Assembly (NCBI GenBank): GCA_050246315.1
Contig: JBFWWG010000002.1
Span: 204,711 to 268,710, forward strand
Direction: 5' to 3'
Length of the DNA: 64,000 nucleotides
Origin: Nitrospiraceae bacterium
Lineage (GTDB): Bacteria; Nitrospirota; Nitrospiria; Nitrospirales; Nitrospiraceae
The position numbers and the translations under genes are program-made. How positions within the stretch are numbered: position 1 is the stretch's first letter; each line of letters begins with the position of its first letter. The notes under the pieces are model-generated. The model was not told the origin of the DNA. It saw only the letters and a list, made by a program, of their open reading frames with translations, and searched no databases. Below, piece after piece: positions 10,715 through 21,399 of this stretch.

Positions 10715-12060
10715 ACCATCCGCGTGTTCATATCGAAACGTTCGGCTGTCAGATGAACGAGTATGACTCGGAACTGGTCCGCTCGTTGCTCAAGCAAGAG
10801 GGGTTTGTGCTCACGGATGTGCAGGAAGCGGCCGACGTCGTCCTGATGAACACCTGTGCAATCCGGGAACACGCTCACACCAGGGTTTACGGCCATCTCG
10901 CCGAGCTGAAGGCGATCAAGCGACAACGCCCGTTGGTGGTCGGCATCCTCGGGTGCATGGCGCAAAATCTGAAAAAGGACCTCACGGACGCCCAGCCGAT
11001 TGTAGATCTTCTCGTCGGGCCGGACGGCTACCGCCAGCTTCCGGGAATGCTCAGGAAAGCCTGGCAGGGGTTGGAGGAGGGCGACACCGGTCGGCAAATG
11101 GCGGTCGACCTCTCGGAGTATGAGACCTACGAAGGCATCCTCCCTGACCGAACTCCGGGGGTCAACGCCTGGATCGCGGTCATGCGTGGGTGCGACAATT
11201 TCTGCACGTTTTGCGTCGTCCCTTACACCCGCGGACGCGAACGCTCACGCGACCCGGAGAGCATCCTGCACGAAACCCGCCTGCTGGCCGACCAAGGACA
11301 TAGGCAGGTGACCCTCCTTGGGCAGAATGTGAACTCCTACCGCTCCGACGGGTGGGATTTCGCGCGCCTGATCATTGCGGTCGCCGATGTTCCTGGAATC
11401 GAGCGGGTCCGGTTCACCTCTCCCCATCCGAAGGACTTTCCGCAGTCGTTGCTCGACGCCATCGCACAGCATCCTCGCATCTGCAAACACATTCACCTCC
11501 CGTTGCAGGCGGGGAACGACCGGATTCTTGCTCTGATGGATCGAACCTACACGAGGCGGGAATATCTCGATCTGGTCAAGCGCATCAGGAGGGCTCACCC
11601 GAGGATTGCCCTCACGACCGATCTCATTTGCGGGTTTTGCAGCGAATCGGATGGGGAGTTTGAGGACACCCTTTCGGCGGTTGAGGCGGTGCGCTTTCAC
11701 TCCGCGTTCGTTTTCAAATACTCGGAGCGCAAAAACACCATTGCGGCAAGGAAGCATCCGGACGATGTCCCGGAATCGGTCAAGGGCGACCGGGTCGGCC
11801 GGCTCGTCGAGGCACAGCGGCGTATCTCGCTGGCCCTCGCTCGTTCGCGCATCGGGCAAACCGTCTCCGTCCTGGTCGAGGGGACCGCAAGAAAATCGGC
11901 CGCTCAATGGATGGGCAAGACGGACGATAATCTGACGGTGGTATGGGATAAGACCAAGGCAACGAACACAATACCCGGACAATTCCGCCAAATCTTCATC
12001 GAGGGGGCGACAGCCGCCACCCTCTTGGGCTGCGAGGCCCCCACAGTGTCTGCCGACTAA
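10711..12060 (+). CDS. miaB: tRNA i6A37 methylthiotransferase MiaB
   Basis: TFGCQMNEYDS, GCDNFCTFCVVPYTRGRERSR, LLGQNVNSY, RFTSPHPKDF; ATGA overlap with mtaB. Confidence 0.92.
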   Translation: MNHPRVHIETFGCQMNEYDSELVRSLLKQEGFVLTDVQEAADVVLMNTCAIREHAHTRVYGHLAELKAIKRQRPLVVGILGCMAQNLKKDLTDAQPIVDLLVGPDGYRQLPGMLRKAWQGLEEGDTGRQMAVDLSEYETYEGILPDRTPGVNAWIAVMRGCDNFCTFCVVPYTRGRERSRDPESILHETRLLADQGHRQVTLLGQNVNSYRSDGWDFARLIIAVADVPGIERVRFTSPHPKDFPQSLLDAIAQHPRICKHIHLPLQAGNDRILALMDRTYTRREYLDLVKRIRRAHPRIALTTDLICGFCSESDGEFEDTLSAVEAVRFHSAFVFKYSERKNTIAARKHPDDVPESVKGDRVGRLVEAQRRISLALARSRIGQTVSVLVEGTARKSAAQWMGKTDDNLTVVWDKTKATNTIPGQFRQIFIEGATAATLLGCEAPTVSAD

Positions 12061-12414
12061 CGGCCAGACCCTCTCCTTTATCCCGAACCGAAACCATTCA
12101 CTGCGACTGTTCTCCACTCATCGACCGTGTACAATTTTCGACCTCGCTGCACGTTTCTGCGTACGTCTCCTTCATGGAGGCTGTCCGATCTCCATGCGGC
12201 GCCTGGCGGATGTCGGCTGGCGGCGTCGCCAGCTCATCAACAACGGGATCTCAGGCATCGTCAGTAGGGGTCAAGAATACTATCGGCATATCAATGTGTT
12301 AGTAGCTTGTGTGATTGAAGGCAGACGTGTGGTCATCTGGAAACACTTACTCACCGGAGACCGGAAGCCTGCTCCTGAATCAATTCATCACCGCAAGTTC
12401 AACCTCTCCAATCC

Positions 12415-12430
12415 AGGCATATCGATTGCT
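12415..12430 (+). promoter_or_regulatory. Sigma54 (-24/-12) promoter
   Basis: AGGCAT-ATCGA-TTGCT (GG-N10-GC); IHF-consensus TATCAATGTGTTA at 12289-12301. Confidence 0.6.
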
Positions 12431-12491
12431 TTACTAAGGTGATCCGAAGGCCGACACCGTCAACTTCATTACCAAGGATTAAGCAGCACAC

Positions 12492-12575
12492 ATGAGTCTT
12501 GAAGCAGTCATTTCGATCGGACTGGTAGGATGGATGGCTTTGGGCTTTGTCCTCATGGGCTTGGGCATCTGGTAA
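12492..12575 (+). CDS. Small 27-aa single-TM peptide (MSLEAVISIGLVGWMALGFVLMGLGIW)
   Basis: Almost entirely hydrophobic sORF about 60 bp downstream of a sigma54 promoter; below the ORF-track cutoff. Confidence 0.45.
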   Translation: MSLEAVISIGLVGWMALGFVLMGLGIW

Positions 12576-12656
12576 TCTCCCGATTCCAACCGCCCTTCTT
12601 CGCTCCCTGGAAACCCGTCATAACCGCTAATCCCTTCTCGACACCTGAGGTGTCCC

Positions 12657-13655
12657 ATGCGGAACGCAAGGTCGAATCGCACCCATCCTGGAACTTGTCG
12701 AGCATCCCTCTGGATAACCCTGAGCCTGCTTATCATTCTCTCGGCGGGTGGCTGCTCGAGCCTGTTGCAGGAGAGTCGTAATGTCCAGATAGGAAACCAG
12801 GGAACAGTCGAGATTGAGGAGATCGTGGACTGGTCCTTCGAGGCCAGTCATCCCATCGTCATCGATCGGGACACGATCATCCGAATCCTTCGTGGTATCC
12901 ATGTTGGGAACGGACAGGGCTCGGAGGCGTTCACCGATCGGGAAGTCGAAATTCTTTCCCCCTCGATTTCAACCGCGTTGGCAAAAGCACGCCCGGAGCA
13001 GATCGTCGTGTTTCAGGTTATTTCCAGACTCGACAACGCGCCGGAGGCAACAGGCGGAACGATCTATGTGAAGGGTCAATCGGTTTATCTCACGTTGACC
13101 CAGTTCCGATCCAAGCCGATCCACACCGGCTTTTGGTCCTGGGCTACGTCCAAACCTGTTCCTCCTCAAGAACTAATCACCGGGGCTCTAACCTTCCGTC
13201 CTGAGTCCACGGTCCGGATGCAGCGCGCCGCCCCTGAGGTCGCCATGAATTACGCCAACCTCTCCACGTTAGTGATTGACTATCTTGTCCTGGCCCGACT
13301 CCCAGACCATGAACTCATGCCCGCAGCGGCAGAGCCGCAGACCATCACGACAACGGGGGCCGCCCCAGACGACCAGCCGCCGGTTCAGTTCTACCCAGGC
13401 TCACCGCTGCTCGTACCGGCCCTGCCCACGGTTCAGAGTCAGGAGCGAAGCACACAGGCAGCGCAAGACCGACCGGCTTTTGTGCCCGCCGTCTCGACTC
13501 CTCCGAGCGAGTCTGCGGCATCCACAACTCAGGCCGGCGCTCAACCTGCTCACAAGGATCAGGCGAGGCACAGCAAGGTCGTCAAGAGCAAGAAACCTCC
13601 GAAACCCTCTTCCAAGGCCAGTGTCAAGAAAGTCCCGCAGACAGACACGCGCTAG
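12657..13655 (+). CDS. Hypothetical lipoprotein with Pro/Ala/Lys-rich C-terminal tail
   Basis: Lipobox-like AGGC after hydrophobic stretch; low-complexity tail. Confidence 0.7.
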   Translation: MRNARSNRTHPGTCRASLWITLSLLIILSAGGCSSLLQESRNVQIGNQGTVEIEEIVDWSFEASHPIVIDRDTIIRILRGIHVGNGQGSEAFTDREVEILSPSISTALAKARPEQIVVFQVISRLDNAPEATGGTIYVKGQSVYLTLTQFRSKPIHTGFWSWATSKPVPPQELITGALTFRPESTVRMQRAAPEVAMNYANLSTLVIDYLVLARLPDHELMPAAAEPQTITTTGAAPDDQPPVQFYPGSPLLVPALPTVQSQERSTQAAQDRPAFVPAVSTPPSESAASTTQAGAQPAHKDQARHSKVVKSKKPPKPSSKASVKKVPQTDTR

Positions 13656-13783
13656 CCCACATTATTATTCATGACGGTTCGTCGCGAAATTGTGGACTCG
13701 CTATGCCAGACGGGCACGCAAAGCCATGAGGAAGGGAGGCGGACTTGAAACAGTCTGTTGACTGACTGAACGGCGAGCCCGCC
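13652..13783 (-). mobile_element. Partial MITE (family A), inverted copy of about 29521-29647
   Basis: CTAGCCCACATTATTATTCATGACGGTTCGTCGCGAAATTGTGG...GGGAGGCGGACTTGAAACAGTCTGTTGACTGACTGAACGGCGAGCCCGC aligns with the reverse complement of the 29.4-kb element. Confidence 0.75.
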
Positions 13784-13785
13784 CG

Positions 13786-13872
13786 CCATACCAAGCTTCG
13801 CTTGGGCCGGCGGCTCATCGGGCGCAGCCCGTCTTCATTGATGCCGCCGGAGAAACACCTTCAGCGATTCTT
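13786..13872 (+). repeat. Dispersed palindromic repeat (family B)
   Basis: Homologous to the reverse complements of 46220-46304 and 46128-46206; internal CCGGCGGC...GCCGCCGG stem. Confidence 0.7.
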
Positions 13873-13943
13873 CCCCTTCTTTTCCATATCAAGCTTTGCT
13901 TGAACCGCCGCGTTCGATCACATCAATGCGGGCTAGAAGGCCG

Positions 13944-14648
13944 TTACGGAGTATGGCAGAGGTCGCTGTGCAGCAGAACCACCTCGCGTGAAAGCGGGGT
14001 TCGAAAGGTCATCCGGGAGTAGCAGGCATAGGTCACGTAGACATCCTGGAGACAATAGAGCGCCACCTCCTTCTCCTCTCCGCGTTCCCACATGGCCAGC
14101 ACCTGTCCTCCGCTGCCCGATTTATTGTCCACCTGCAGTGCACGAGCTAGGACATCCAACTTGATCCAGCCTCTCGTCTCCCAGTTGCTCCAGACCGCCA
14201 TCGTGTCGTAGACGGGGTCGGTCCTGAAGCGTGCCAAGCTTATCTCGACCGGCGGCTTCACATGATGAATGATGGAACGTTTTTTGATGAAGGGCAGGTC
14301 GAAACCCAGCCCGTTGTGGGTAACATACAGGGAGGGCCGTTCCTTCCCAATCCGCTGCCAGAACTGCTGGAGTAGCTTCCGTTCATCGTTGCCGTACCAG
14401 GCCACCGCACCCCTCGGCTCCATGTCGTCGCTGAACAGCACCAAGCCGATGCAGACGATACGGCTGAATGTCCCGTCGAAACTGGATCGCTCGTAGAGTT
14501 CATCCTCGGTTTTTCGCTGAGCATCGGCTTCCGCCAACGCGAAGAGGTCGTCCGCCTGAAGGTCGGCACCGTGCAACACCCGCCCGGTTAATCTGGCCCA
14601 CTCCTCGCGGGGAGCGGGAATCGTCTCTATATCGAGCACCACCTTCAT
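13944..14648 (-). CDS. PolB-related 3'-5' exonuclease (RNase H-like)
   Basis: LDIETIP (ExoI), THNGLGFDLPF (ExoII), YCLQDV (ExoIII). Confidence 0.8.
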   Translation of the reverse strand: MKVVLDIETIPAPREEWARLTGRVLHGADLQADDLFALAEADAQRKTEDELYERSSFDGTFSRIVCIGLVLFSDDMEPRGAVAWYGNDERKLLQQFWQRIGKERPSLYVTHNGLGFDLPFIKKRSIIHHVKPPVEISLARFRTDPVYDTMAVWSNWETRGWIKLDVLARALQVDNKSGSGGQVLAMWERGEEKEVALYCLQDVYVTYACYSRMTFRTPLSREVVLLHSDLCHTP

Positions 14649-14733
14649 CGTGTACCCTTCTCAGAAATCGACCATTTCGGAGAGCGACCCTTCTCGGTCG
14701 GTAGATTCCATCCCTCCATAGGAGTGCCTCCGA

Positions 14734-15147
14734 TTACGGGAGTTGAGAGGGCTCCGCCTGGAGTCGCTCAATCAACTCAGCATCGGCCGGCGGAAAGGCA
14801 AAGTCGGAAAGTTCTCCGGGCGTGACCCAGCGAAGCTCCGAGCAACCCAACGGTCGTGCCTCTCCCGCTTCGATACGGCAACGGAAAAAATGCAACTCGA
14901 CCCGACGCTCTGGATAGTCATGATTCACCACGCAGAGAGGAATGGGGAGGCTGATTCGCACCGCCAGTTCCTCCCACAATTCCCGTTTCAGGCAATCAAC
15001 TGGATCCTCGCCTGAGTCACATTTGCCGCCGGGGAACTCCCAGAGGCCTCCCAGATGTGCGTCAGCTTTCCGTTTGGCGATGAGATAGCGCCCGCCTTGG
15101 CCGATGACCCCCGCCGCAACCCTGGTCACAGGCAGCGGGCCGCTCAT
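14734..15147 (-). CDS. mutT: 8-oxo-dGTP diphosphatase (NUDIX)
   Basis: HLGGLWEFPGGK...LKRELWEE Nudix box, FPPAD; ATGA overlap with the upstream glycosylase. Confidence 0.8.
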   Translation of the reverse strand: MSGPLPVTRVAAGVIGQGGRYLIAKRKADAHLGGLWEFPGGKCDSGEDPVDCLKRELWEELAVRISLPIPLCVVNHDYPERRVELHFFRCRIEAGEARPLGCSELRWVTPGELSDFAFPPADAELIERLQAEPSQLP

Positions 15148-15890
15148 GCAGGACGACCGTCGCAAGGATAGCTCTTGCAGAAACGCTTCATGGGACACAA
15201 GAGACAGTAAGGATCCCTGGCAGTGCAGACCAGCGCCCCAAAATCCATCACCGCTTGGTTGAAGTCATACCCTTTGCCTCTCGGAATCAGCGCTTCGGAC
15301 AGCGCCCAGAGCAGAGCTTTGTTCGACTTGGGATTTCCCTGCCCGAGAAAGACCCGCTGCAACACCCGCATGACATTGGTATCCAGGATCGGCGCATCCT
15401 GATTGAAGGCAAACGAACGGATGGCACCGGCCGTATACCGACCGATTCCCTTGAAGGACAATAACTCATCGGCCTCACTCGGCAGTCGGCCTCCGTACCG
15501 CGACACCGTTTCACGGGCGATACTGTGCAGACGATAGGGCCTCACGTTATATCCAAGGGGGTACCAAGTCGCGCGTACCTCCTCCGGACGCGCCGTTGCC
15601 AGTGCGTCGAATGTCGGGAATCGCTCGAGAAACTCATGGTACTTAGGGATCACGCGATCGACCTGCGTCTGCTGGAGCATGACTTCCGATACCAAAATCT
15701 TGTAAGGATCGGAGGTGCGCCGCCAGGGCAAATCACGGCCGAACTCTCGATACCATTTCAACAGAGCCCGTGCGAAACGCCGCCTTTCAAGCGCGCTGAC
15801 GGCGGCCGACTCACTGCGACGACCGCGGACGGAATGCCGAGAGGAGGATCCGTCGCGTGGACGGGACCGGGCTGAACTTTTCTTGGCCAT
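15144..15890 (-). CDS. mutY: A/G-specific adenine glycosylase (HhH-GPD, FeS cluster), short form
   Basis: RDLPWR, LVSEVMLQQTQV, GIGRYTAGAI, DTNVMRV, CTARDPYCLLCPMKRFC. Confidence 0.85.
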   Translation of the reverse strand: MAKKSSARSRPRDGSSSRHSVRGRRSESAAVSALERRRFARALLKWYREFGRDLPWRRTSDPYKILVSEVMLQQTQVDRVIPKYHEFLERFPTFDALATARPEEVRATWYPLGYNVRPYRLHSIARETVSRYGGRLPSEADELLSFKGIGRYTAGAIRSFAFNQDAPILDTNVMRVLQRVFLGQGNPKSNKALLWALSEALIPRGKGYDFNQAVMDFGALVCTARDPYCLLCPMKRFCKSYPCDGRPA

Positions 15891-16123
15891 AATGAAAGAC
15901 TTAAGCGGAATGAGGCTGGATTGTAGGAATCTTCCGATCGAAAGTAAACCTGTGTCCGCTCAGACAGTGAACACAAACCGATATTGCAATTCCCAGGGAG
16001 TCCTCCCTATTCTGAGGTAAGATGAAAGCAGAGAATCGCAAAGTCCATCGACGCATCCAATGGACGCGCAACACGACGGAGAGCGCATTGTTTGGCCCGA
16101 TCCTTGAGGCCAAGAGCGCTGTT

Positions 16124-16660
16124 CTACCGTGATGGTCCAAGGCTGGCGACATAGAGCGGATAGATGCCGGTCTTGGCATCCGACACATAACGCGCCAGCA
16201 CATCACGAATCACCGGAAAGGCCAAGGAGTCCCAGGGAATCCGATCATGTACGAACAGGTCCACCTCCAGGCTTTCGGGGCCGGCGCGAAACTCCGGCAC
16301 CGCCAGTTTCCCCCGAAATACCATATAGACCTGGCCGATGTGGGGCATGCTCACCACCGCATACAACTGGCACGCCTGCACGGTCGCCTGTGCCTCCTCC
16401 AGCGTTTCCCGACAGGCCGCTTCCTCCGTGCCCTCCCCGAGTTCCATGAATCCGGCGGGGAACGTCCAGAATCCCACTCGTGGATCGATGGCTCGCCGGC
16501 ACAGCAGCACACGGTCTTCCCATTCCACGATGCAGCCGGCGACGATTTTCGGGTTTTCGTAGAGGATCGTATCGCACAGATCGCACACCAGTCTTTGCAA
16601 GTGATCGCCGGGCGGGACTTTCCTGCCGAGGGGCGCCGCGCACTGGGGGCAGAACTTCAT
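16124..16660 (-). CDS. NUDIX hydrolase with N-terminal zinc ribbon
   Basis: MKFCPQC...CDLC, YENPKIV, PAGFMELGE...RETLEE. Confidence 0.85.
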   Translation of the reverse strand: MKFCPQCAAPLGRKVPPGDHLQRLVCDLCDTILYENPKIVAGCIVEWEDRVLLCRRAIDPRVGFWTFPAGFMELGEGTEEAACRETLEEAQATVQACQLYAVVSMPHIGQVYMVFRGKLAVPEFRAGPESLEVDLFVHDRIPWDSLAFPVIRDVLARYVSDAKTGIYPLYVASLGPSR

Positions 16661-16693
16661 GGGTGCCGGTAACATCGCACGAGTTGTTGCTCC

Positions 16694-18730
16694 ATGCATA
16701 GCATAGAGGCCCGGCGCTTTGCATCAGGTTGGCGGCTGTTCATTCTCGTCACGCTGGTGCTCTTGGGAGCCTGCCGATCATCTCTGCCGGAATTGCCCAT
16801 CATGCCCATCGAGCCTCCGCTGCCGCCCGGGCTCCGCATCGACCCGGCGGTCGCGCGCCTGGCTCGCCAAGTCGTCCCCCTGCTTGAATCCAACGTCGGC
16901 TCGCACAATAAGGCCACGCTCTTGGCGCTGACCGGGGCGCGCACCTTTCCCGCCATCGGGAAGCGTGGCGATGCCCTCGATATTCTGCTGGACCCCTGGC
17001 AAGGCATGACCCAACTGGAATCCTATGGGCTCCTCGTCAGCGCGCTCTCCAAACACGGAGTTGAGGGGTTGGACGACCTGCTGCTGACCTTGGAGAAGAG
17101 CCGAATCAAACCGGACCATGAGATATTGGCGACCAAGCGGCTCGGTGGTAGCGAGAAGGCCGCCGGCGATACGTTGGCCGCGTTGCTCGAACAAGTGAAA
17201 CACCATTGCGAACGCGCCATGCGGCGGCTGTCGACTGAAGACCGCCAGTTTCTCTTTGACCACGCGATGCGGTTTCTCGATGATTTCAGTCCCCAGTTTA
17301 CGGATCCTGACAGTCAGACAAAATTTCTGCTCTACAGCAACCGGCGCTTTATCCAACTCATCCAAGAGTATGTGGATTATGATGCGCTGGTCACAGCCGC
17401 CCAACTCGCGACGAAACTGGGAAGCATGGACTTGCTGCGTAACCTCAACGAATCCCTCCGCACAGGCGCTAAGGTCAAGAAACCGCCGGAGGGCGTGAAG
17501 GGGGATGTGCTGCTGGTTCGCGAGACTACGGCCGGCACCATTGTGGTGGGAGGGCCTGGCTCCAACACCTACCAACTCGACGGCCGGATTGCCTTGATCA
17601 TCGACCTCGGCGGCGACGACGTCTACCGGGGGGTCATCGCGGCGTCGGGTCATGCGGAACAATCCGTCCATATCGTGATTGATCTGGCAGGCAACGACGC
17701 CTACTCCCCCAGCGTGCCGCTCGGGTTGGCGACAGGACGAGGTGGCATCGGGCTCCTCATCGACAAGTCCGGCAACGACAGTTACGAGTTATCCGAAGGG
17801 TCTGGAGGAACCGGATTTGCGGGGATCGGCCTCCTGTACGATGAAAACGGAAATGACATCTATACCGGTTCCAAATTCACCCAAGGCGCCGCGATCGGCG
17901 GGTTGGGGCTGCTCCTGGATGTCGAAGGAGACGATCAGTACCAAAGCTTCGGTTATGCGGTCGGCTTCGCTGGACCAGGCGGCATCGGGGTCGTCGCCGA
18001 CCTGTCGGGCCACGACAATTACCAATGTGGACACAAATACTCGAGCATATACAATGCCGTCGATGTCCCCGACGGTGATCGCAGCAGTCCTCTGTATCAG
18101 TTCGAATGTTTCGGCGTCGGAGTCGGATCAGGCATCCGCGTCCTCTCCAAGAACCAGGATGATCTGGCCTATGCCCTCGCGGGCGGTCTCGGAATGTTGC
18201 TCGAATTGGAAGGGGACGACCATTACCAGACGGCTAACTTTTCTCAGGGGACCGGTTACTTCTTCGGCACCGGGGTCAAGTTGGATTTAGGAGGAAACGA
18301 CGACCACTTGGCCGCCCGTTACGGGATTGCAGCCGGAGCGCATTATGGAGCCGGCCTCTTCATCGACTATCAGGGGGCGGACTACTACGACTCGACCGGC
18401 CCCCATTACAACGCGGGCGCCGCCTGGGATGCGAGTGTCATGCTCGGAATCGACGCCGGATCGGATGACGACATCTATTCCTTCGAACGTTCCAACGGTT
18501 TGGGAATCAGCCAACACAATGCCTGGAGCGCCTTTATTGAAGAAGGCGGGAAGGATCGTTACCTGGTCCCACGCGGGCTTGGGGTGGCCGAAGCCGGAAG
18601 CGTGGCAACCTTCTTCGATCTGGCAGGCGCCGACTACTATGCCCGCACCTTCCCCGCCGGCAGCGGCAGACGCAACAACCAGGAGACGGTCTCGGACAGT
18701 CCCGGGTCTCTGTTCGTCGATCGCCAGTGA
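16694..18730 (+). CDS. Large lipoprotein with about 12 DxxGxDxY Gly-rich repeats
   Basis: Lipobox LGAC; repeats DLGGDDVY, DLAGNDAY, DKSGNDSY, DENGNDIY, DVEGDDQY, DLSGHDNY and others. Confidence 0.8.
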   Translation: MHSIEARRFASGWRLFILVTLVLLGACRSSLPELPIMPIEPPLPPGLRIDPAVARLARQVVPLLESNVGSHNKATLLALTGARTFPAIGKRGDALDILLDPWQGMTQLESYGLLVSALSKHGVEGLDDLLLTLEKSRIKPDHEILATKRLGGSEKAAGDTLAALLEQVKHHCERAMRRLSTEDRQFLFDHAMRFLDDFSPQFTDPDSQTKFLLYSNRRFIQLIQEYVDYDALVTAAQLATKLGSMDLLRNLNESLRTGAKVKKPPEGVKGDVLLVRETTAGTIVVGGPGSNTYQLDGRIALIIDLGGDDVYRGVIAASGHAEQSVHIVIDLAGNDAYSPSVPLGLATGRGGIGLLIDKSGNDSYELSEGSGGTGFAGIGLLYDENGNDIYTGSKFTQGAAIGGLGLLLDVEGDDQYQSFGYAVGFAGPGGIGVVADLSGHDNYQCGHKYSSIYNAVDVPDGDRSSPLYQFECFGVGVGSGIRVLSKNQDDLAYALAGGLGMLLELEGDDHYQTANFSQGTGYFFGTGVKLDLGGNDDHLAARYGIAAGAHYGAGLFIDYQGADYYDSTGPHYNAGAAWDASVMLGIDAGSDDDIYSFERSNGLGISQHNAWSAFIEEGGKDRYLVPRGLGVAEAGSVATFFDLAGADYYARTFPAGSGRRNNQETVSDSPGSLFVDRQ

Positions 18731-18887
18731 GCGACAGCCCGACCACCCCTGAAAAAGCATGATCTTCCGCCTTCGGCTCCCCGTCTTCCACTTCGCTCCG
18801 GCCCCGTTTGCTTGACTTCGGCTCGCCCGTGTCTATCTCCAACGAGGAACCGCTACTCGGCGGTCCCGCAGGAGGAGAGGAGAGACC

Positions 18888-21287
18888 ATGAGTGACGAAA
18901 CCGATTTCACAACTCTGCCGATCGTACCGGTCAAACGAACCGTCTTGTTCCCCGGGGTCATGATGCCGCTGACGATCGGCCGGTCACGGTCGATCTCGGC
19001 GGTTGAAGCGGCTTCCAAGTCGGAGGACAAGACCCTCCTGGTCGTGGCTCAGCGTCAGCCGGATGTCGAACAGCCGACACAGAATGACCTGTACACCATC
19101 GGAACCAAAGCCATCATCAAGCAGATCGGCCGAACGCCGGACGGTCAACTGCATACACTCGTGCAGGGTGTGGACCGACAGGTCCTGATCAAGCTCGAAG
19201 GGCTGGATCCGTTCTTAGAAGGGCGCGTCCGGCCACTGTCGCTGCCCGGTGAGAGCGGGGCCGAAGCGGACGCACTGCATCGCGCCATCATCGATTTGAC
19301 AGGCGAACTGACCAAATTGGTACAGACCAGTGGTGTGACTGAAGCGCTCCTTTCCCTGGGTATGGATCCGGACCCAGTTGCGCTGGCCTATCGCGTGGCC
19401 TCGTTGTTGAACATGACGCTGGCCGAAGAACAGGCCTTGCTGGAAACCTCCACGCGTGAGGATCTTCTCCGCAACGTCTATGCCGCGCTTGCTCGGGAGG
19501 TTCAGATTCTCCAGATTCGGAACAAGATCGCGAGCGAAGCCCAGGAGAAAATCGGGAAGACCCAACGCGAGTATATTCTTCGCGAACAACTCAAAGCCAT
19601 TCAACGGGAACTCGGCGAGGACGAGGACGAGGAAGGCGATGCGGCAGAACTGCGGCGCCGCATCCGGGAAGCCGATCTACCCGAGTCGGTCAAGAAGGAT
19701 GCAGAGCGCGAGCTCGCACGCCTGGCCAAGCTGCCCCCGTCGGCGGGAGACCATCAGGTGATCCGCAACTACCTCGAACTTTTGCTCGAACTGCCCTGGC
19801 TGAAGTCTTCTGAGGACAGTCTCGATCTGGCTCGAGTGCGCCAAGTCTTGGATGAGGATCATTACGGGATCAAGGAAGTCAAGGAACGAATCGTCGAGCA
19901 TTTGGCAGTGTTGAAGCTGAACCCGACCGCGAAGGCACCGATCCTGTGTCTCGTTGGGCCTCCCGGTGTCGGCAAGACCAGTCTGGGCCAATCAGTGGCC
20001 CGCGCGCTCGGTCGCAAGTTCGAGCGGGTGAGTTTGGGAGGCGTGCATGACGAGGCGGAACTGCGGGGCCACCGGCGGACCTACGTCGGAGCCATGCCCG
20101 GCAGCATCATCCAGGCATTGCGACGCGCGGGGGTCAACAATCCGGTCGTGATGCTGGACGAAGTGGACAAGGTGGGCCGGGATTTTCGGGGTGATCCCGC
20201 CGCGGCCCTGCTGGAGATTCTCGATCCGGCGCAGAACCACACGTTTCGGGATCACTATCTGGATCTACCGTTTGATCTCTCGAAGATCATGTTCATCACG
20301 ACGGCGAACACCTTGGATCCGATTTCGCAGCCTCTCCTGGACCGGATGGAGGTCATCCGACTTCCCGGCTACAGCGAACAGGAGAAGTTCGAAATCGCGC
20401 AGCGTTACCTCTGGCCGAGACGGGTTCACGAGGCCGGGCTCAAACAGGAGTTAATCCGCCTCTCGCCAGAGCTCATGACGCTGATCATCGCCCGGTATAC
20501 CAGAGAGGCGGGAGTGCGTCAGCTTGAACAACAGCTCGGCAAGCTCGCGCGCAAGATCGCGCTGAAGATCGCCGAATCCCCGGCCGAGCAGATGGAGTCC
20601 CCCATCGACCTCGCCAAAGAGGAGGTCCAGGAATGGCTGGGCATGGAACGGTTCCAGCCGGAGGAAATCCGGAAAGACCTGCCTCCCGGCGTCGCGACAG
20701 GCTTGGCCTGGACACCGACCGGCGGTGATGTCCTCTACGTGGAAACCAGTCTGCTGCCTGGCAGCCACGATCTCACTATCACGGGGCAACTCGGGGAGGT
20801 GATGCAGGAGTCGGCGCGGGCCGCGCGCAGCTACCTCTGGTCACATGCCGAAGGGATGGGACTCGACATTTCCCGTTTCAAGCGGAACGGGTTGCACATC
20901 CATGTCCCATCGGGAGCGATCCCCAAGGATGGTCCATCCGCGGGCGTCACGATGGCGACGGCCTTGGCTTCGGCCTACACGGGCGTCCCTGTGCGGCGGG
21001 ATACAGCCATGACCGGTGAAATCAGCCTGAGCGGACTCGTCCTCCCGGTTGGAGGGATCAAGGAAAAGGTCCTGGCCGCTCACAGAGCCGGCATCACACG
21101 GATCATTCTGCCCAAGGCCAACGAGAAGGACCTTAAGGAGGTGCCGGAAGAGGTGCACAAGGCCGTGCAGTTCATCCTCGCCGAGCGGATCGACGACGTG
21201 CTGCGAGCAGCCATCGAAGAGACAGGCGGATCCGCGGCGAAAAGACCCGGCCCTACGGCGCCCGCCGAGACCGTCGAGGTCCTGTAA
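18888..21287 (+). CDS. lon: ATP-dependent protease La
   Basis: [39 protein letters not shown]. Confidence 0.95.
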   Translation: MSDETDFTTLPIVPVKRTVLFPGVMMPLTIGRSRSISAVEAASKSEDKTLLVVAQRQPDVEQPTQNDLYTIGTKAIIKQIGRTPDGQLHTLVQGVDRQVLIKLEGLDPFLEGRVRPLSLPGESGAEADALHRAIIDLTGELTKLVQTSGVTEALLSLGMDPDPVALAYRVASLLNMTLAEEQALLETSTREDLLRNVYAALAREVQILQIRNKIASEAQEKIGKTQREYILREQLKAIQRELGEDEDEEGDAAELRRRIREADLPESVKKDAERELARLAKLPPSAGDHQVIRNYLELLLELPWLKSSEDSLDLARVRQVLDEDHYGIKEVKERIVEHLAVLKLNPTAKAPILCLVGPPGVGKTSLGQSVARALGRKFERVSLGGVHDEAELRGHRRTYVGAMPGSIIQALRRAGVNNPVVMLDEVDKVGRDFRGDPAAALLEILDPAQNHTFRDHYLDLPFDLSKIMFITTANTLDPISQPLLDRMEVIRLPGYSEQEKFEIAQRYLWPRRVHEAGLKQELIRLSPELMTLIIARYTREAGVRQLEQQLGKLARKIALKIAESPAEQMESPIDLAKEEVQEWLGMERFQPEEIRKDLPPGVATGLAWTPTGGDVLYVETSLLPGSHDLTITGQLGEVMQESARAARSYLWSHAEGMGLDISRFKRNGLHIHVPSGAIPKDGPSAGVTMATALASAYTGVPVRRDTAMTGEISLSGLVLPVGGIKEKVLAAHRAGITRIILPKANEKDLKEVPEEVHKAVQFILAERIDDVLRAAIEETGGSAAKRPGPTAPAETVEVL

Positions 21288-21324
21288 GGCTGCTCGGTTT
21301 ACGTTGACACAGGAGTAAAGGATG

Positions 21325-21356
21325 AAAAGGGGCCGGCCGCTTGGCCGGCCCCTTTT
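21325..21356. terminator. Bidirectional intrinsic terminator
   Basis: AAAAGGGGCCGGCC-gctt-GGCCGGCCCCTTTT between convergent genes. Confidence 0.85.
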
Positions 21357-21399
21357 CTCTTGGATCACAAGCCATCAGAGATCGGAGGGACCGTCCTGA

